From NCBI GenBank assembly GCA_041678705.1, contig JBAYNQ010000001.1, positions 1-29,109 of the forward strand: 29,109 nt of DNA, read 5' to 3'. The position numbers and the translations under genes were made by a program. Origin of the DNA: Candidatus Omnitrophota bacterium. Its GTDB lineage: Bacteria > Omnitrophota > Gorgyraeia > Duberdicusellales > 4484-171. The notes under the pieces were generated by a model. That model ran no database searches. It had not been told where the DNA came from and was given only the letters and a program-made list of their open reading frames with translations. Of this stretch, positions 24,660 to 29,109 are shown one piece after another; the first letter of the stretch is position 1, and each line of letters starts with the position of its first letter.

Positions 24660-25882
24660 AAAATAAACTCGTTGTTCAAAAGTACGGCGGATCATCCGTG
24701 GGCAACGTGGAAAAAATCAAGAACGTTGCCGGTAAGATAATTTCGTATGCGAATAAAGGGAACCAAGTCGTAGTGGTAGTTTCAGCGATGGGAGATACTA
24801 CCGATGAATTGGTGAGTTTAGCCAGGAAAATCAGCAGTCAGCCTTGTGAGCGGGAGATGGATATGCTTATGTCAACGGGCGAGCAGATTTCCTGCGCTCT
24901 CCTGGCTATGGCGATACATGATTTGGGGATAGACGCTATATCGTTTACCGGGCCCCAGGTAGGGATAATCACCGATACTTATCACACACAGGCTAAAATA
25001 CTAAAAATAGAGACTAATCGAATAAAAAAGGAATTAGGTAATGGAAAAATAGTAATCATCGCCGGATTCCAGGGATTAAGCACGGCTTTAGAGATTACAA
25101 CTTTGGGCCGGGGAGGCTCGGACTTGAGCGCGGTGGCCATGGCAGTTGCTCTGGGGGCGGATGTTTGCGAGATCTACACTGATGTGGACGGTATTTATAC
25201 CGCTGACCCCAGGATTGTTCAAGATGCAAAAAAGATACCTCAAATAACTTTTGATGAAATGCTTGAGCTTGCTTCCAGGGGCGCTCAAGTTATGCATACG
25301 CGGGCGGTCGAAGTAGCGAAAAAATATAATATACCGCTTCATGTGCGCAGCAGCTTCTTAAAAAAGGAGGGTACGCTTATCATGCAGAAGACGTCTTCTA
25401 TTGAAAAGCCTGTAGTAAGGGGTGTGGCTCTTACTGAAAACGAAGCCAAAGTTACTTTATGCGATGTTCCCGATAAACCCGGAATAGCGGCTTATATATT
25501 TAATGAATTAGGCCGGCGCAATGTAAATGTTGACATGATTGTGCAGAACGTAAGCCATAAAAAGATGACTGATATGTCTTTTACCGTTCCCAAAAAAGAC
25601 TTAAGCAAGACTCTTAAATTGTCAAAGAACATATCTTCTAAAATTAAAGCCGGTAGTGTAACCTCAGAGCAAAATATAGTCAAGGTTTCGGTGGTCGGGG
25701 TAGGTATGAGGTCTCATTCGGGAGTAGCGGCAAAATGTTTTTCGATTTTAGCTAAAAATAAAATAAATATTGATATGATCTCTACTTCCGAGATAAGTAT
25801 TTCCTGTGTGGTTAAGAGAAGCTCCGGCAAGAAAGCCTTACGGGTTCTGCATAAAGGGTTTAATCTGGGGAAAAAGAAATAA
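24644..25882 (+). CDS. lysC: Aspartate kinase
   Basis: VVQKYGGSSVG, VVVVSAMGDTTDEL, STGEQ, AGFQG, TTLGRGGSDLSAVA, IYTDVDGIYTADPR, two ACT domains (ISTSEISIS). Confidence 0.95.
   Translation: MQDKLKNKLVVQKYGGSSVGNVEKIKNVAGKIISYANKGNQVVVVVSAMGDTTDELVSLARKISSQPCEREMDMLMSTGEQISCALLAMAIHDLGIDAISFTGPQVGIITDTYHTQAKILKIETNRIKKELGNGKIVIIAGFQGLSTALEITTLGRGGSDLSAVAMAVALGADVCEIYTDVDGIYTADPRIVQDAKKIPQITFDEMLELASRGAQVMHTRAVEVAKKYNIPLHVRSSFLKKEGTLIMQKTSSIEKPVVRGVALTENEAKVTLCDVPDKPGIAAYIFNELGRRNVNVDMIVQNVSHKKMTDMSFTVPKKDLSKTLKLSKNISSKIKAGSVTSEQNIVKVSVVGVGMRSHSGVAAKCFSILAKNKINIDMISTSEISISCVVKRSSGKKALRVLHKGFNLGKKK
25382..25882 (+). CDS. Probable aspartate kinase beta subunit (nested in-frame internal start, 166 aa)
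   Basis: In-frame ATG (Met247) preceded by AGGAGG at 25365-25370, at the position of the beta start in alpha2beta2 aspartokinases. Confidence 0.55.
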   Translation: MQKTSSIEKPVVRGVALTENEAKVTLCDVPDKPGIAAYIFNELGRRNVNVDMIVQNVSHKKMTDMSFTVPKKDLSKTLKLSKNISSKIKAGSVTSEQNIVKVSVVGVGMRSHSGVAAKCFSILAKNKINIDMISTSEISISCVVKRSSGKKALRVLHKGFNLGKKK

Positions 25883-25919
25883 ACCGTTTCGGGTAGATAA
25901 GTAGAGAAAGAGGGTAAGT

Positions 25920-27500
25920 ATGGAAAAAAGCAAAAAAGTTTTTATTTATGATACGACATTAAGAGATGGCTCTCAAACAGAGGGTATTTCTTATTCTTTG
26001 CAGGATAAAATCAATATTGCTAAAAGGCTGGACGATTTTGGTTTTGATTTTATCGAAGGCGGCTGGCCATATTCCAACCAAAAAGATAAGGATTTTTTTG
26101 ATTATTTTAAAAAGCATCCTTTGAAGGTGAGTAAACTAGTTCCTTTTGGCTCAACCGCTCATCCCTCATCTATTGTTCAGAAAGATAAAAACTTGATCGC
26201 TTTAGCTGAGTCCGAGACAGAGTATGTTACTGTTTTTGGAAAGTCCTGGGACCTGCATGTAAAAGAAGTATTGAAGATCGGGCTTAAGGATAATCTAAGG
26301 ATAATTTCTCAAAGCATAAAATTTTTGCGTAAAAGCGGAAAAAAAGTTTTTTATGACGCCGAACATTTTTTTGACGGGTATAAAAATAACCCTGCTTACG
26401 CTTTGGATACAATAAAAGCGGCAAATCAAGCTGGAGCAGAACTTATCGTATTCTGTGATACTAACGGAGGGGTTCTGCCCTGGGAAGTAAAAGATATTAT
26501 CCGGGCGATAAAGAAAAAGAAACTTTTGGCCGCCTTCGGTATGCACTGCCATAATGATTTAGGATTAGCCGTAGCTAATTCTCTGGTTTGTGTGGATGAC
26601 GGTTGTCTCCATATACAAGGAACCGTTAACGGTTATGGCGAGCGCTGCGGTAATACGGATCTCGTAACCGTAATAGGGGTATTACAGCTTAAAATGAATA
26701 CCTGCGTTGTGCCTGAGCCCCGCTTAAGCCAATTGTCACATCTTTCGCATTTTGTGAGCGAAATAAGTAATATGGTCCACAGAGATAACTATCCTTTTGT
26801 AGGCAGGAGCGCTTTTGCGCATAAGGCTGGGGTTCATGTGGATGCGGTGAGAAAAAATCCCCGGGCTTACGAACATATTAATCCTGAAAAGGTCGGTGCC
26901 GCCAGTCGTTTTATCATATCGGAGCTGGCCGGAAAGTCCACTCTAGTGGCTAAGGCTAAAGAACTTGCCTATGCGCTGGATAAGAAATCTCCCCAAGCAA
27001 AAAAAATACACTCTTTAGTCCAGGAGATGGAGAGGCAAGGTTATCAGTTTGAAGCGGCTGAAGCTTCGTTTAAACTTTTGTTGCATAAAGAGTTTAAACA
27101 ACATAAGAAATTTTTCGATCTTATGGGGTTTAAAGTTGTTGTTGAAAAAAGAGAAGACGGAAAATTGATTTCCGAGGCTACTATAAAACTTAAGATAGGC
27201 GATAAGCTTGAACATACTGCATCCGAAGGCGATGGCCCGGTCAATGCTTTAGATAATGCGCTTAGGAAAGCCCTTATTAAATATTACCCAATCCTTGCTT
27301 CGATGCATCTGGCTGATTTTAAGGTCAGGGTTCTCGATGAGAAAGGAGGCACGGCTGCTAAGGTAAGAGTTCTTATTGAGTCTCAGGATGAAAAAGACAG
27401 CTGGTCAACCGTCGGGCTTTCAGAGAATGTTATAGAGGCTTCTTGGCAGGCTTTAGTCGATAGCGTTGAGTATAAGCTCCTCAAGGATAACAAAAAGTAA
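25920..27500 (+). CDS. cimA: Citramalate synthase (LeuA-like, Geobacter-type)
   Basis: YDTTLRDGSQTEG, IEGGWP, FGKSWDLHV, FYDAEHFFDGYK, HCHND, NGYGERCGN, AFAHKAGVH, EGDGPVNALD.ALRKAL, DFKVRVLD. Confidence 0.9.
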   Translation: MEKSKKVFIYDTTLRDGSQTEGISYSLQDKINIAKRLDDFGFDFIEGGWPYSNQKDKDFFDYFKKHPLKVSKLVPFGSTAHPSSIVQKDKNLIALAESETEYVTVFGKSWDLHVKEVLKIGLKDNLRIISQSIKFLRKSGKKVFYDAEHFFDGYKNNPAYALDTIKAANQAGAELIVFCDTNGGVLPWEVKDIIRAIKKKKLLAAFGMHCHNDLGLAVANSLVCVDDGCLHIQGTVNGYGERCGNTDLVTVIGVLQLKMNTCVVPEPRLSQLSHLSHFVSEISNMVHRDNYPFVGRSAFAHKAGVHVDAVRKNPRAYEHINPEKVGAASRFIISELAGKSTLVAKAKELAYALDKKSPQAKKIHSLVQEMERQGYQFEAAEASFKLLLHKEFKQHKKFFDLMGFKVVVEKREDGKLISEATIKLKIGDKLEHTASEGDGPVNALDNALRKALIKYYPILASMHLADFKVRVLDEKGGTAAKVRVLIESQDEKDSWSTVGLSENVIEASWQALVDSVEYKLLKDNKK

Positions 27501-27515
27501 GCTTTTTTACTTTTT
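27492..27515. terminator. AT-rich hairpin overlapping the cimA stop (possible weak terminator)
   Basis: AAAAAGTAA-GCTTTT-TTACTTTTT, 9-bp stem. Confidence 0.3.
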
Positions 27516-27707
27516 AAGGAGATGACCTAATGGGGAGCTGTTGATGAGTGCTTTTTTAGGCGTGATTGTCTGCTGAATAAACCTGCTGCTTGCATATAGT
27601 TCTAGCCCGTCTTAGGCTGCAGTTTCGCATAGAAAAACCTGCCTTTTTAGTCAGTGGATCTGCGAAAAATCAACAGCAGCGTTGCCTAATCCGATTGAAA
27701 GGAATTA

Positions 27708-27735
27708 TTGCTAATTTCACTTTAAGTGATATAAT
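27708..27735 (+). promoter_or_regulatory. sigma70 promoter for ilvB
   Basis: TTGCTA (27708-27713), 16 nt, TG-A-TATAAT (27727-27735); SD GGAG at 27771-27774. Confidence 0.65.
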
Positions 27736-27777
27736 TTTGAAGGTTAGAGCGATACGTAAGAGTTTTTCTAGGAGAGA

Positions 27778-29109
27778 ATGATGAAAGGTTCCAGAATTCT
27801 AATCGAAAGCCTGTTAAAAGAAGAGGTAGAAGTAATTTTTGGGTATCCCGGCGGCTCGGTTATACCTCTTTTTGACAGTCTTTATGACGCGCCTATTAGA
27901 TTTATTTTGACCCGCCATGAACAAGCAGCCGCTCATGCCGCCGATGGTTATGCCCGGGCTACAGGTAAAGTCGGGGTTTGTTTGGCTACTTCCGGGCCGG
28001 GTGGGACTAATTTGACTACAGGAATAGCTACTGCGCATATGGATTCTATTCCTATGGTCGCGATTACCGGACAGGTGAAAACATCTTTGATTGGTAACGA
28101 TGCATTCCAGGAAGCCGACGTTATAGGCATAACTCGTTCGATTTCCAAATATAATTATTTAGTAAAAGACATAAAAGATTTAGCTTATACAATAAGAGAA
28201 GCTTTTTATCTTGCTGCAAGCGGCAGGCCTGGCCCGGTAGTTATAGACGTGCCTGTAGATATACAGACTCAAGAAGCTGAATTCAAGTATTTTGATAAAA
28301 TAGAGATAAGAAGCTACCGGCCCACTCACCTTGGCCATCCTGGCCAGATTAGGAAAGCTCTTAAGCTTATTTATCAATCTAAAAAACCTGTAATTATTGC
28401 TGGGGGAGGGGTTATCATATCAGGGGCCCATCAGGAGCTGCTGAAATTTGTTGAAGATACGGATATGCCGGTTACAGAAACGTTTATGGGGCTAGGAGGT
28501 TTTCCTTCAACTCATAAATTATCCCTAGGTATGCCGGGAATGCATGGAACGGTTTATGCCAATATGGCGATAACTGAAAGCGACCTCTTGGTTTCTATTG
28601 GCTGTCGTTTTGACGACCGGGTAACAGGAAAGATAGAAGCTTTCGCTCCTGGGGCAAAGATAATACACATCGATATTGATCCTACTTCAATAAGTAAAAA
28701 TATTAAAGTTGACGTGCCTATAGTGGGAGATGCCAAGAATGTCCTGGAACAGCTTATTGAAGGCATGGATGAATCCAAAATTCCAGATTTTACGTCCTGG
28801 CATAAAAAGATTCAAGATTGGAAAAGTAAAAATCCCTTAAGATATAAGATCGTCAAAGGCGGCAAAATAAAACCCCAGCAGGTCATAGAGGAAATTTACG
28901 CCCAGACTAAAGGTACAGCCATCATTGTTACCGAAGTCGGTCAAAACCAGATGTGGGCGGCTCAATTTTATAAGTTTGATTATCCTAGGCATTTTCTTTC
29001 AAGCGGAGGCCTGGGAACAATGGGTTTTGGATTCCCGGCGGCGATAGGTGCGAAATTGGCCAAGCCGTCTCAGGAGGTTGTATTAATAGCGGGAGATGGT
29101 TCAATCCAG
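27778..29109 (+). CDS. ilvB: Acetolactate synthase large subunit (partial, runs off the window; absent from ORF track)
   Basis: My translation: MMKGSRILIESLLKEEVEVIFGYPGGSVIPLFD...RHEQAAAHAADGYARATGKVGVCLATSGPG...GQV...FQEAD...GRPGPVVID...TEVGQNQMWAAQ...SGGLGTMGFGFPAAIGA...AGDGSIQ (TPP motif at window end). Confidence 0.95.
   Translation, partial: MMKGSRILIESLLKEEVEVIFGYPGGSVIPLFDSLYDAPIRFILTRHEQAAAHAADGYARATGKVGVCLATSGPGGTNLTTGIATAHMDSIPMVAITGQVKTSLIGNDAFQEADVIGITRSISKYNYLVKDIKDLAYTIREAFYLAASGRPGPVVIDVPVDIQTQEAEFKYFDKIEIRSYRPTHLGHPGQIRKALKLIYQSKKPVIIAGGGVIISGAHQELLKFVEDTDMPVTETFMGLGGFPSTHKLSLGMPGMHGTVYANMAITESDLLVSIGCRFDDRVTGKIEAFAPGAKIIHIDIDPTSISKNIKVDVPIVGDAKNVLEQLIEGMDESKIPDFTSWHKKIQDWKSKNPLRYKIVKGGKIKPQQVIEEIYAQTKGTAIIVTEVGQNQMWAAQFYKFDYPRHFLSSGGLGTMGFGFPAAIGAKLAKPSQEVVLIAGDGSIQ

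Noticed and set aside
27640-27680. T-box riboswitch upstream of ilvB
   Set aside because: GTGGATCTGCG only loosely resembles GGTGGNACCGCG; I see no stem I/specifier or following terminator, and it lies upstream of the ilvB promoter.
255-28778. Numerous 60-120 aa ORFs antisense to or overlapping core genes (e.g. 5518-5886, 15781-16131, 27590-27781, 27814-28778)
   Set aside because: They are fully or largely overlapped by well-supported genes, or lack start signals and recognisable motifs. The minus-strand ORFs at 27814-28778 are shadows of ilvB.
1-29109. tRNA, rRNA, tmRNA, IS or prophage elements
   Set aside because: I recognised no cloverleaf/TTCGA-type arms, rRNA-like segments, transposase, integrase or phage genes by eye. 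A tRNAscan/Infernal run would be needed to exclude small RNAs definitively.

Overview
A ~29 kb, AT-rich (roughly 40% GC by eye) bacterial chromosomal segment made almost entirely of housekeeping genes. In order: end of a surface-glycosylation cassette (GT2, small membrane protein, GT-C-like), xseA-xseB, rpsO-pnp, ftsK-rodZ-rimO-pgsA-pgpA, an oppositely oriented uvrD/pcrA-cinA(C)-thpR block, a tandem-ACT protein, GH1 glycosidase, cNMP/P-loop/patatin fusion, DUF3108-like protein, an orphan GspG/pilin-like gene, trmI, and apgM-like-cstA-lysC-cimA-ilvB (ilvB runs off the end). Gene content and style suggest a PVC-superphylum organism such as Omnitrophota (inference only). I found no tRNA, rRNA, CRISPR array, transposase, integrase or clear defence system. 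The unexplained signal is mostly intergenic. Several families of short degenerate repeats (periods 6, 7, 8 and 10 nt) recur in different spacers, sometimes nested or forming long hairpins. Several genes look leaderless, lysC has a probable internal beta-subunit start, and the cimA-ilvB spacer is structured. All promoter, structure and family calls were made by eye, without searches.
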